This document shows positions 12,410 through 24,044 of a DNA stretch of 64,000 bases, piece by piece. Origin of the DNA: Antedon mediterranea (lineage: Eukaryota > Animalia > Echinodermata); contig NC_092676.1 in NCBI RefSeq assembly GCF_964355755.1, positions 7,417,888-7,481,887 on the forward strand. Direction: 5' to 3'. The notes below the pieces were generated by a model, which saw only the letters and a program-made list of their open reading frames with translations, did not search any database and was not told the DNA's origin. Position 1 is the stretch's first letter; every line of letters begins with the position of its first letter. The position numbers were made by a program, and so were the translations under genes.

Positions 12410-14104
12410 TAGCTGTAGCCGTGGTAAAGGCTGCAATCCTTCCACTCATGCTCCCATATTTCAACATATTCGAATTGGGGAAAATTTTGTTTCAGAAATT
12501 CTGATTTTTTTAAATGTTGTCAGATACGAGTCAGCCATAGCAACTCCGGTAAAAGGATTTTTGGTATCTGACCGTGAAACATACACCCCATCAATTCAAA
12601 ATATAATATTAGGATCAAAAGAAGACCAGTCAATTTTATTGATTCCTCTACGTTTAGATTCGTAGGATAACCATTCCATACTCATAAAAGAATGGTTATC
12701 AATAGTTTCAAAATTTGATGGAGGGAATATGGCTATTGTCTCAGGTTTTAAACAATTTCGGGCAAAAACGTAACTACATGCTGATGCTATTTTAATAAGC
12801 CCGTTTGAAAATGGATCAACCCCGTCTTTATCGACAGCATCATTGAGTAACGTTACTCGTTAATTTTGTTAGTTTTCTTATCAAATACTTTTTTCATGTA
12901 GCAAAGATGACCTGATTGGACTTTTAGATTACATACTTTACACGTATATTAATTGCATTTATGATCATTCGTAATGAAACGATTGCACTCCTTACATATT
13001 TTTTGATATCACAAACCGTACCATTTGTTGAAGATTTGATTTGTTAAAACATTTTTGATTCTTAAAAGAACAATTACATTCATTACATGAAATGATAGTT
13101 ACTGATTCTAATAGAGGAGTGCAATCACGGGAGCGACATAGCTCACAAGTGAATTTGCATTTGTAATTAAATTTGTTGTTATAACCTTTGAAACACAAGT
13201 TGCAAAAGTATCTTACTTAAAAAAATGCAGTTAGTTTAGTTATTAAGTCATAGTGGTTATCTTGGTGATACAAATATATTTGTTTTCTCTATGTTTGCCA
13301 CTGAATATAATCGAATGTAAATTATTCATGGAGATAACGATAATTTGATAACGATAATTTGATAATTTGATAACGTTTCCTGAAAACGCTTAAGCTGGGT
13401 TATCCCACAAGGACCCTTATCTACCCCATCCCTCGATAAAAGACTTTCAGCCGCTTATTTTTAAAAATTAAAACCCCGTCTAATATTAACGCTTTCTATT
13501 ATTATTATTTTTTTTAAATTTTTATCTACCACCAACCTTGAAACACCTGTGACATTAGCTCTCACGCAGCAAATTTGTTCGTCGTTTTCATTTCGAATTC
13601 TAATTAAACATTACGCACCTTTTTTGGTTTTATCAATACCTTTTTGTTTTAAAATGTACTACCGCCTTCAAACGGCATGGCTATGCGTTGAATGTTAAAG
13701 GTTAAACCATCCCCCACTAATAAATCCATATGCGATTGAAGGACTTTAGTAATCTCGCCTAAAATAAATTTTCTGGCGTTAGATGTTCTCTTAATAAAAA
13801 AGGTTAGGAAATCGTTTGCTATAATTACTATTCGAACTCTATCGTGCGGCTCAACATTTTGGCATAACTTATTTAGTACTTGTTGAAAAATTCTAATAAA
13901 TAATGGTAAAATATCAATAAAACGAAACCGTTCTAACCCCTTTAAAGTAACTAAATGATCACTTGAAAATAAATTAAAACGTTTGTTGAACTTATCTCTA
14001 AGTCTCCTTATACTACATAGATCTTCAACATCATCATGTATGTTACGTTCATCCTCTTCCTCCGAATTCTCTGACTCAATGCGAGGTTTCTTATCACGAC
14101 CAGG
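12410..14104 (-). pseudogene. Polinton protein-primed DNA polymerase B (pPolB), frameshifted and deleted
   Basis: Motifs PHDRVRIVI, ITKVLQSHMDLLVGDGLTFNIQRIAMP, KGPCGITQL, YLYHQDNHYDLIT, CNLCFKGYNNK (Cys-rich), ASACSYVFARNCLKPETIAI, EWLSYES, FELMGCMFHG, NPFTGVAM and IWEHEW. Confidence 0.85.
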
Positions 14105-15120
14105 CTAAAATACAAGAAAAAAAAATAATAACAATTTACTCCATTTATATTATATTTTAGCATTGAAACAAAAATAAAGATCTAAGTAGAGAGCATGTTA
14201 GTCTAGTCAGTCGTGATTATAACAATGGTTAACAATGAGGGTAGTATAATACAATAGAGTATATCATTTCACTAGAATTGTTATATAGATTTGTTATATA
14301 TTAATATACATTATAATATAAAATTATTAAATAATAAATAAAAAATATTTGGTGATGATTTAGTCGTTTGTGATGAGAACAAATGGTTTACAATGGTTGA
14401 AGTCAATAGGTGTTATGTTTCGAATATAATAATACAATGGTTAACATAAAAGATAATAATAATACAATAATAATAATAATAATATAATAATAATAATGAT
14501 ATAACTAGAATTCGTAACCGAATTGACAGTTGAGATATTCTCTCCTAAATTAAATGCATACAAATCTGACCCAGGTCCTAGACTAATATCATTATTACGA
14601 TGATCGGGAATCTCTAAAATACTACAAACATAACGATAAAATGGAGTTTGAGCAAATATTGATCATGCCAACATGAACGGGTAAAACTAAATACAATACA
14701 ACAGTAATTGAAATTTTCTTTTCAATACGTTCATGACAATACCGCTTGAAAAAAACGATACATCAAAAATGTTGTTTTTGAATGGTAGAGTTGTCTCCAC
14801 CATCCCTAGATTTTCGGTGCAGATATTAAATACGTCATTGACGTAATCTTCAAAGAATAAATTTAGAAATACAATAACGCGTTTACCATGAACAAAAATA
14901 GGGAAACTAGTTTTACAAATTTACACTAACATAAATTAAGTCAAAACATATTTCATTTATTTCATTAAACAAATCTATTGCAATACACTTTACAAACACA
15001 ATAATATTAAAAATTCAACGGAAAAGAAAACAAATTAAATTAATTGAAAAAATAAATTTACCATGAATTAAAATAGGGTAACTACTTTTACAAATTTATA
15101 ATATAAAATAAATATTAAAA

Positions 15121-15995
15121 GCGAGATTTTGGTTTACGGGTTATTTTGTTGGATTTGTGTAATGTATATGTATCTTGCTTGCTCAGTCAGTCTTGAACTT
15201 GTCTCTTGGTAATATTTAAATCGTCTTTTACATTTTGATAAAGTCGGTCCACACCACCAAAACTATCAGGATACTTAGGATCGTAATATACTTTTCTTAA
15301 GTAATACATACCCGTCCTACTTTAACAAACTGTTATTGATCCAAAAGAAAACCGTAAGATACATAGCAAATGCTCCTCCTTTATCCCATTCCAATCCTTT
15401 ATTTTCTTCATTTGGTCTTCTTAAAATTCAGGATATTAACCATCTTCAACAAAGTGTTTTCCTCTATTCATGGCTAAACTCGATCCTGCCATCACACTTT
15501 GATGATTTATTTAGTTTCAATCTTAATTTTCATAACCACAGTACTCGGAGCGCAAATCAAATACGTATTCCTTTTTTTTAAACTACTTCTTTTAAACATA
15601 GCATTAAGTTCACTGGTCCTAAACTTTGGGATAACGTACCAGTTAATATAAAAAGTGCTTTGTCTAAGAAGAGTTTTTCTTTTAAATTGAAACGGCACCT
15701 CTTATCTAGTTATGTTTAATTATCCTTTCACTCATTGTAGTTTTGATATTTAGTCTTTTCGGTACCCTGAATCTAAAAGTCTTCATTACTGTTTTTGTCC
15801 TGTTTCCGGTTCCCGTGTTGTCCTGTTTTTTTTTTCATTTTCTATGGGCTGCCTTATACAAGCTTTGCTTTTTAGGAATGTTGCCCCTCTTATTTTAATA
15901 ATTTTTTACTGTTAATTTTTATTTTCTATGAAAGACAAGAGAAATAAATGTTACTTTGATTGATTGATAAAAAAAAAGTACTCATCCATACTCAT
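15121..15995 (-). pseudogene. Polinton retroviral-like integrase N-terminus, interrupted by a LINE
   Basis: MSMDEY (15995-15978) joins LRKVYYDPKYPDSFGGVDRLYQNVKDDLNITKRQVQD*LSKQDTYTLHK across the LINE insertion. Confidence 0.8.
15304..15975 (+). mobile_element. 5'-truncated L2/Crack/Daphne-type LINE (ORF2 C-terminus and 3'UTR)
   Basis: LLLIQKKTVRYIANAPPLSHSNPLF...HNHSTRS...SIKFTGPKLWDNVP...FKLKRHLL*. Tail AAATAAA...(TTGA)n plus A-run; apparent TSD AAGTA. Confidence 0.85.
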
Positions 15996-16247
15996 TACCC
16001 TCATTCACCCAAATGAAAACTTAACAAAATAAATCAAATACTTAAATAACACGCAAAGATCAAATTTCATTTTCGTTGTTGCTTTAAAAAAAAAAAAAAT
16101 ACAACCTTTATTTTTAACACACATTCTATTTCAATATATTTAACAACCATAATAATAATAATAATAAATTTACCGAAAAGAAATAAGAATTATAAAAATA
16201 TATAACATTAATTAAAAGTGTTACGATAATATTTAAATTTGTACAAA

Positions 16248-16739
16248 TTACATTTGGTTAAGAATCTTATTAAACAGTTCTGAATCATTTGTAATCAACT
16301 TTATGGCTTTATCAAACGCATCAACATTGATACAACGTAAATGAAAGTAGTTAAGCGCCCATTCAAAATGGGTAGCGCTAATGTCCACAAGTTTCAATGC
16401 CAGAATTGGTCGAAAAAATGTTAGGATTTGCTCATATCTTGAGCCGTGAAAGTTATAACGTTCAACCATGTCATTCAGAATGAATATAAATTCTTCTATG
16501 AAAACCTTCTCAATTGTTCTCATTATTTCTTTGTACTCAAGTTCGGTAGTTTCTTTCTTAATTTCCGCCTCCATCACAGGGTTCAGGTACTCTTCCATAA
16601 ACACCTCATCTTCTACCTCATCTTCTACATCGGCTATTCTTGCTAGAAATAGGTGGTAGTCACCTACCGATGACGTGTCACCGTATACAATCCTCTCCTC
16701 TTCAGAAATTATTCTCTTCAGTATACATATTAGATACAT
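16248..16739 (-). CDS. Polinton-associated hypothetical protein (163-aa ORF, acidic/helical)
   Basis: Longest non-repetitive ORF inside the mini-Polinton, same strand as the other Polinton genes; no recognisable family. Confidence 0.4.
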   Translation of the reverse strand: MYLICILKRIISEEERIVYGDTSSVGDYHLFLARIADVEDEVEDEVFMEEYLNPVMEAEIKKETTELEYKEIMRTIEKVFIEEFIFILNDMVERYNFHGSRYEQILTFFRPILALKLVDISATHFEWALNYFHLRCINVDAFDKAIKLITNDSELFNKILNQM

Positions 16740-16889
16740 TATTTAAATCAACGTTCATTGGATGTGGGGGTTGAATCGCCAGTAAACACGTCATATCCCC
16801 ATTACATTCGGCATTTACTAAATTTGTTTCAGCCAATTGTCATTGTTGTATTTCCTGTCGGAACATTGGTCGAAGTGCAATCATACTCA

Positions 16890-17384
16890 TAAATCATTTT
16901 CTTCTTCGTCTAAATTACCTCTTTTGTTTCTTGCAATGTGGCAAATTTCTGCAACTGCCATGTCATTCTCTAATTGAAGTGTTTCTTCCCTTTCGTTATT
17001 ACTACTTTCAATCAAAATACCGTACTGTAATACAACATGTTTATATTAGACTAAATATCATATATTATTACCATTTTAAAAACAAATTTATAGAAATATT
17101 AACTTACCATTTCATTACATAATTCGTTCTGATCATCAATTAACTCTTCTATACATCGAATCTGAAAATTAAATAACAAGACCCCATGTAACAGACAGAA
17201 CAAATTAAATCTTAATAACATTTGGAAAATAATATACGTAAATTTCTTTTTTTTTCTTGTACAAATTGATTCAACTTACCATTTCATCGTTGTCATCAAG
17301 AATTTCTAACAAAAATTCCTCGTTACCGCTAAGACTGCTGTTTTCAAATTCTTGTTCATTACCAGTATGCACTTTAGAATTCAT
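16890..17384 (-). pseudogene. Spliced acidic leader gene of the mini-Polinton (exons 17384-17280, 17161-17108, 17024-~16890)
   Basis: Phase-0 GTAAGT/CAG introns; paralogous to 18863-18821 and 18640-18389 (EELIDDQN, ETLQLEN.MAV.EIC.IA.NK). Confidence 0.6.
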
Positions 17385-18166
17385 CTTTTAACCTCGTGTA
17401 ACGGTAATAATTTGGAACTAGTACTAGAGTTTGAGTGACTTCGATGTAATTGATAACACTGACATAGAATTTCAAATAATAATAATAATTTATGCATGAC
17501 ATCAGAAGCGTCCTATTTCACTTCATTCATTTTTATCTTTTTGTATTTGTCATTGTTATAATATCCGGAGAAAAATACCCGTTATTGACGTCACTTCCTC
17601 GAGCACCCTCACCGGGCTAGACCGCCTGGAGATGGTTAAGTACCTGTTGGTATAGTTCAATCAAGACATACTTATTATTTAACTTCATTAATTCTTATCT
17701 TTTTGTTTTAGTCATTGTTATAATATCCGGATCAAATAAGTTATGTTGTTACGTTGTTTTAATTAAACCATGTGCATCTTTTATTGTAGGCCTACCCCTT
17801 TTTAAAAATACCGCCAAGTACATGACTAATTCAAATCTTACAACAATCTTTTACTTCCTTATCCAATGTTAACCATTGTATTATTATATTCGAAACATAA
17901 CACCTATTGACTTCAACCATTGTAAACCATTTGTTCTCATCACAAACGACTAAATCATCACCAAATATTTTTTATTTATTATTTAATAATTTTATATTAT
18001 AATGTATATTAATATATAACAAATCTATATAACAATTCTAGTGAAATGATATACTCTATTGTATTATACTACCCCCATTGTTAACCATTGTTATAATCAC
18101 GACTGACTAGAATAACATGCTCTCTATTGATCTATAAGTAAAGAAGAAAAAAACGTACAAGCCTAC

Positions 18167-19093
18167 CATTTCTTTACAAAAATTTCCAGCTCCATGTTGC
18201 ACTAATTCCTCGTCAAATTCATTCAAATTGTTATCGTCTTCGTCATCATTTCCGTAATATCTTTTCTCTCCTCGTCTGAAATTTTTACCGTGCTAAAATA
18301 TAAAAAAAAACCAGACAGACTAAGAACAATATATCTTACATAATTATACTTTTATATTATTTAAAAATATGTTTACAAAAGAACTTACCATTACTTTACG
18401 GTATTTTCCTGCTCCTTGTTCATAATTAAATTCAATCATATCTTCTTCGGTTTCTACATCGTCAATGATATCTTCGTAAATTCTTTTGACTCCTGGTTGC
18501 TGTTTGGTTCTATCATTTTCTTCTTCCTCTAACTCTCCTATTTTGTTTTTTGCAATACGACAAATTTCTTGAACAGCCATGTTGTTCTCTAATTGAAGTG
18601 TTTCTTTCCCTTCGTTATTACTCATATTCAAAATGTCGTACTGTAACACAAAGTGTTTAAACTTTTTATATAGGTCTAGTTATCATCATTTTAAAAATAA
18701 CTTTGCTTTAAGATACAGTAATTAACTATTTTAGTTACATAAATTTATTATCGTAATCAAGATTGTAGAAGTGATTTTATCATTGTAAAATTAAATTTGG
18801 TTTAAGATATAGTAACTTACATAAATCATTCTGATCGTCAATCAGCTCTTCCATACATCAACGCTGAAAAAAAAAAATAATAATATATAAATTTAGTCTT
18901 AATCCCTAATAACGTTCGAAAAATAATTTAGGTCATCAGTTATTGTAATAATATAAAGAAGCGCTAGTATTTGGTTTATCTTCTACTCTACTGTCTCTTG
19001 TTAGACCTCATAACTCGCTGCATAGTAAGTAGCCTTAGCCTTATCAGCTATTTTAGAATCGGTGTAATCGACTGTTGGTTTGTAGAAGTTCAT
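18167..19093 (-). pseudogene. Spliced acidic leader exons of the outer Polinton (18863-18821 damaged, 18640-18389, 18292-18167), in frame with the pPolB exon at 14104
   Basis: Canonical splice sites; the 252-nt and 126-nt exons are phase 0. First exon boundary uncertain. Confidence 0.55.
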
Positions 19094-19807
19094 GATGAAA
19101 ACTGTACTAAATTCTCTTAATCAAGATTGTAGAAGTGAGTTTAGAGCGCTGATACTGATGAGTTCACTATAAATTTACCACCTATATATTCACACACACT
19201 AAATTAATTTATGCATGATATGTCAGTAGCGTCCCTCTTTACCCCCTTTATGTATTATTTAGAATTCTTTTTATAAACGTAACCAATTTAAATGAAAACA
19301 TTGGAAAAAAAATCATGAAATAAAAAATAGTGAAACTAACATCATGGCGTCACCATTCAATGATTCCGATTGTTAACATTTCCGGAAGATGGTTAAGTAC
19401 ATGTCGGTAAAAAATAATAATACAATCTTTATTACTTAATTTTACATATACTTATAATTTAACCATTAATTTAAAATCTTAATAATAAACTTAAGTTATG
19501 TCGGCATAGATCAAGCAAAAACACCATAACTATATATTATATGTATATTAACAAATATATAACAAATCTAGTGATATATATAACAATTCTAGTGAAATTA
19601 TATACTCTATTGTCTTATACTACCCAAATGTTATCATCACGACCAGACAAGACCCCTTCAGTACTACTTATAGTTATGCATGTTGTGTAGTATTAAAGAA
19701 CATTTAAATGTATGTGTAGTTAGAATAGTATGACACGTACCTACCGTTTGTCTTGCTGTTGTAATTATAATTATAGGAACTCAATTACATAAGTAACAAA
19801 TACGTAC

Positions 19808-20660
19808 TGTTGAAGGTTTGCATGGCGAAATCAAATGTTGATATAAAGTTTGCGGTACACCACGTATATTAGTTTTGAAAAGAACTGTTGAGTTTCTCGA
19901 CGTTTCGATCAATATGCTTTGATCGTCCTCAGGAGTGCAAATGCAGAAAGTCCAGGAAACTTGGAATATAAGTGGAAAAGGGTGGGACTGGTGTGAAAGC
20001 CAGAAACAATGGCAAGTTCACACAGTGGCAGGGGTGAATTTTGGCTATAGAAGAGCATTGTTTCTGATAGGTGTGAAAAGCAAGGTGAGACAAGCTAAAA
20101 ACAATAGCATTGTCTCAAAGTTGGGTGTAGACTGGCCAAAACATAGACCATGTGCCCAGACAGGGTTGTGTAATGTAAACTGGCCAGAAACTATAGCATG
20201 GTTTACTGTCGATGAAGATTCTTGTTGATTGATTGAATTTATTTGGTTCATACATAAAATACATTTTGAAATAGCACAGAACACATACAAATACATCATT
20301 TTAAAAAAATACAGCACCAGAATAAAGATAGCCAAATGTCACTGATAACAAATCCAATATCTTGATGACCGTGTTGTGTTTGTAGATTTCAATAGCTTCC
20401 ATGGTTCGTTTGGAATGCCAAAAATGAACGGTGGCAATTAGTTCAGCATCTTTCTAATTAACTCGGTGTTGTTGTTGGTGAGAATGCATAACTATTGATG
20501 ATTTGTCTTGCTCTCCTCTTCTGGCATGGCCTTGATGTTCTTTGAGCCTGGTTTGAAGGTCACGTCCAGTTTCCCCAATGTATAGGCCTACCTTCTGGCA
20601 TGGCCTTGATGTTCTTTGAGCCTGGTTTGAAGGTCGCGTCCAGTTTCCCCAATGTATAGG
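19808..20660 (-). mobile_element. Penelope-like retroelement 3' remnant (GIY-YIG endonuclease and terminal region)
   Basis: YIGETGRDLQTRLKEHQGHARR (duplicated at 20520-20585 and 20595-20660), followed by DKSSIVMHSHQQQHRVN and MEAIEI. Confidence 0.8.
19896..19936 (-). ncRNA. Minimal type I hammerhead ribozyme-like motif (Penelope-associated)
   Basis: CUC-CUGAGGA-cGAUC(loop)GAUC-GAAAC-GUC-GAG: core boxes, stem II, palindromic stem III and a 3-bp stem I. Confidence 0.6.
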
Positions 20661-22134
20661 CCTACCTACTGGAATGCATTGTTTTTATGTGACTCTCTTT
20701 CGATAATTTTAAAATATCATAATTAATTTATATATGTACTTTCATATATTGTCTAATTTGTTTCTTTTTTCAAACTTTGACTTTTTTCCTTTTCACTTAT
20801 ATTGGAATATATCATTTTTCATATAATTTTTTTTCTTTTCAATATGTTTTTCAACCAAAATGCATTAAAAAATATAAATTCTTTTGTTCCTCTTTTCAAT
20901 AATTTCATTGTTTATATAATTTGTTTTCGCTTTCTAATGTAATATTCTTTAATATAATATAATCATGGAGGTCCTCCATGATATAATCTAATGTTTTCTT
21001 TTTCTCCAAACAAAATGTACGAATGGAAATAGGCCTATATTGTGTATGTAATCGTAAAGGTAAGTTGTTTGGCCAAATATTTATTGTTCATAGGCAAGTC
21101 TTTATTATATATGCTTGCAATGGTAAGTTTATTTTTATATTCTACGCAACGGTAAGTTGTACGTAGTTAGTTAGTTTGTATTTTATTATAAATTAGGTGA
21201 GGTAAAAATTAATCGAGGCCTATGTAGTTAAGTTTGGTTTAATGCTTTTGCAATGAATGGATAAAAATTGTTCTGGGGTAAAAATTAATCTTTTAATATT
21301 GGCCTACAGTAGGTCAGTTTTTATTTCATTTGTATGCCATGTATGTATGTAACTATAGGCCTAGGCTAGTACATTACGGTTTCAGTTTTGTAGTGTGAAA
21401 ATTAATTTGGATTCAAAGTAGGTTTTAGTATACAGTTAAAGATGGTGGTTAGTCCAAAAAAGGGTAAAGGTGTATGCAAAAAAAAATTAACATACCGGTG
21501 TGTAAAGTGACAATCTATCTGTGTAAAATATGTACCTAACTAAACCTGTAAAGTTTCTATATATAAATTATGGTTAATTCTGACATAGGCCTTAGGCCTA
21601 GGCGAGCAAAATAGAAAAATGTCGGTATAAATCTCCGCCTTGGATACCTACCTTATCTATCTTAGATGTACCGCGAAACGTAGATTTGATAACATTAGTT
21701 TTCAGTACTACGCTATTGTTCCATTTTTGTCTTTTACAACGACAAACTTCAGCGTAATACCTATCGAAACTTGTGGATATCACAGGGTTATTTTCACACA
21801 CTCGCGCAGGTATATAAAATATACCAAATTGGCTAGTTGAGAATTCTCAACTATTACCGCAGTACGCCTGTAACGACGAAGCCTACCGGTATAATGGGAT
21901 AGGCTGATTTCCTTGTTAACTTAAGGGGTCATTTAATTACTGAATTATGATTGGTAGTAAAGGAAATTTACTGGAATCCTATTGGATGGAGGTGGTAGTA
22001 GGACCATGTCCATCCCATTGCAGTAATAAAGTTGAGCCACCTGCGACCATTACAATGTCCTACCATGCTAATGTAGGAGTGGGGAAATGTTATGCTTACT
22101 ACTGTTTCTTTTAATAATTTAGTACAATTAATAA

Positions 22135-22655
22135 GAATAAAGAATACACTTAACAATATACAACAAATAACATTAATGTACGATGTAGTTTAACACTGTT
22201 CTCAAATAAAGTCATTTTGGTATACTTGAGCACATTGATAAAGAATAGGATAAACTTAACAATATACAACAAATAACATTAATGTACGATCCCGTTTAAC
22301 ACTGTTCTCAACTATAGTCATTTTGGTATACTTGAGCACAGTGATAAAGAATAGGATAAACTTAACAATATACAACAACAATGTACGATCCCGTTTAACA
22401 CTGTTCTCAACTATAGTCATTTTGGTATACTTGAGCACAGTGATAGAATAGGATAAACTTAACAATATACAACAAAAAACATTAATGTACGATCCAGTTT
22501 AACAATGTTCTCAACTATAGTCATTTTGGTATACTTGAGAACAGTTATAAAGAATAGGATAAACTTAACAATATACAACAAAAAACATTAATGTACGATC
22601 CCGTTTAACACTGTTCTCAACTATAGTCATTTTGGTATACTGAGCACAGTGATAA
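22135..22655 (+). repeat. ~105-bp satellite, ~5 copies (left arm)
   Basis: Unit ...GTACGATCCCGTTTAACACTGTTCTCAACTATAGTCATTTTGGTATACTTGAGCACAGTGATAAAGAATAGG... Confidence 0.9.
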
Positions 22656-22669
22656 TATGAAAAACATAA

Positions 22670-23615
22670 TAACACTATAATATTTGTAGATGAATGACGC
22701 GGACACGTACATATGTTCATAAGTAATTGATATAAATTGACTTTTATAAGTGGAATTAACACAAATGATTGTAGATAAATATGACGTGAATTGCACGTAC
22801 ATAATGTTGATGAGTAGTATATTTATATAAATCGACTTTGAAAAGTGAAATAACACTAATATTTGTAGATGAATATGACTTGGACACGATTTACATATGT
22901 TGATGAGTATATTGATATAAATCGACTTTTAAAAGTGAAATAACACTAATATTTGTAGATGAATATGACGTGGACACGTACATTTATTGATGAGTATATT
23001 GATATAAATCGACTTTTAAAAGTGAAATAACACTAATATTTGTAGATGAATATGACGTGGACACGTACTGTACATAATGTTGATGAGTATATTGATATAA
23101 ATCGACTTTTAAAAGTGAAATAACACTATTGATTGTAGATGAATATGACGTGGACAAGTACATTTATTGATGAGTATATTGATATAAATCGACTTTTAAA
23201 AGTGAAATAACACTATTAGTTGTACACTATTGATCATATATGAATATGACGTGAATTGCACGTACATTATGTTGATGAGTAGGCCTATATTGATATAATT
23301 GACTTCGAAAAGTGAAATAACACTGATTTGTAAATGAATATGACGTGGACAAGTACATTTATTGATGAGTATATTGATAAATCGACTTTTAAATGTGAAA
23401 TAACACTAATATTTATAGATGAATGCACACGTACATACGTTGATAGGTATTGATATAAATAGATTTTTAAAAGTACGGTAATAGACACTTTATTTGTAGA
23501 TGAATACGACATGGACAAGTTGCAATAAATTCTATCGTTATATCGTATGTTGATGAGTATTGATATAAATCGACTTTTTTAAAGTGGAATAACACTAAAA
23601 TGTATAGATGGATAT
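22670..23615. repeat. ~88-bp satellite, ~10 diverged copies
   Basis: Unit AACACTAATATTTGTAGATGAATATGACGTGGACACGTACAT...GATGAGTATATTGATATAAATCGACTTTTAAAAGTGAAAT. Confidence 0.9.
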
Positions 23616-24044
23616 GGCCTCAACAAGTATTGTATTAAGCGGTACTGTATATTGATAGACTTCATACCTGTAATGTCAATGAAATCTGGCAACAAGAATT
23701 GTGTTTGATCCTCCTAATAGTATTCTAATAATCTTGGTTTGTAAAGGAGGCATGAAAAATCTAAACGCATAGCCAGGGGAGGGGTTGGAGTTTCGAACAA
23801 ACTTCCCTGTGCCCGTCCTACGGTTTTTGTGAACTTTTTAGTAGCGTGCAAACGCGAGTCTACAGCTCACTATGTCGATCGGTCGGTCGGTAAACACCAA
23901 CTCAAATTTGAGCACGCGACTGCAGCCATGTATAGGCCTATGGCCTGTTTATACTAGAAATCAGCAGTGAAAGTAATGTAAATAATATGTGTTAATATAG
24001 AATTAGTTTTTTAATTTTTTAATTTAATAAATAGTATTAAAGTT

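Larger units (their letters stand above)
14185..18128. mobile_element. Non-autonomous mini-Polinton (3.9 kb) nested in an intron of the outer Polinton
   Basis: ~260-bp near-identical TIRs (14185-14446 / 17866-18128) beginning AGTAGAGAG, with a 6-bp TSD GATCTA at 14179-14184 and 18129-18134. Confidence 0.85.
12400..19668 (-). mobile_element. Decayed Polinton/Maverick (outer copy); right terminus ...AGTACTACT, left end not found
   Basis: pPolB remnants at 12410-14104 and spliced acidic leader exons at 18167-19093. The subterminal region 19530-19660 is homologous to the mini-Polinton TIRs, and the terminus is AGTAGT-type. Confidence 0.75.
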
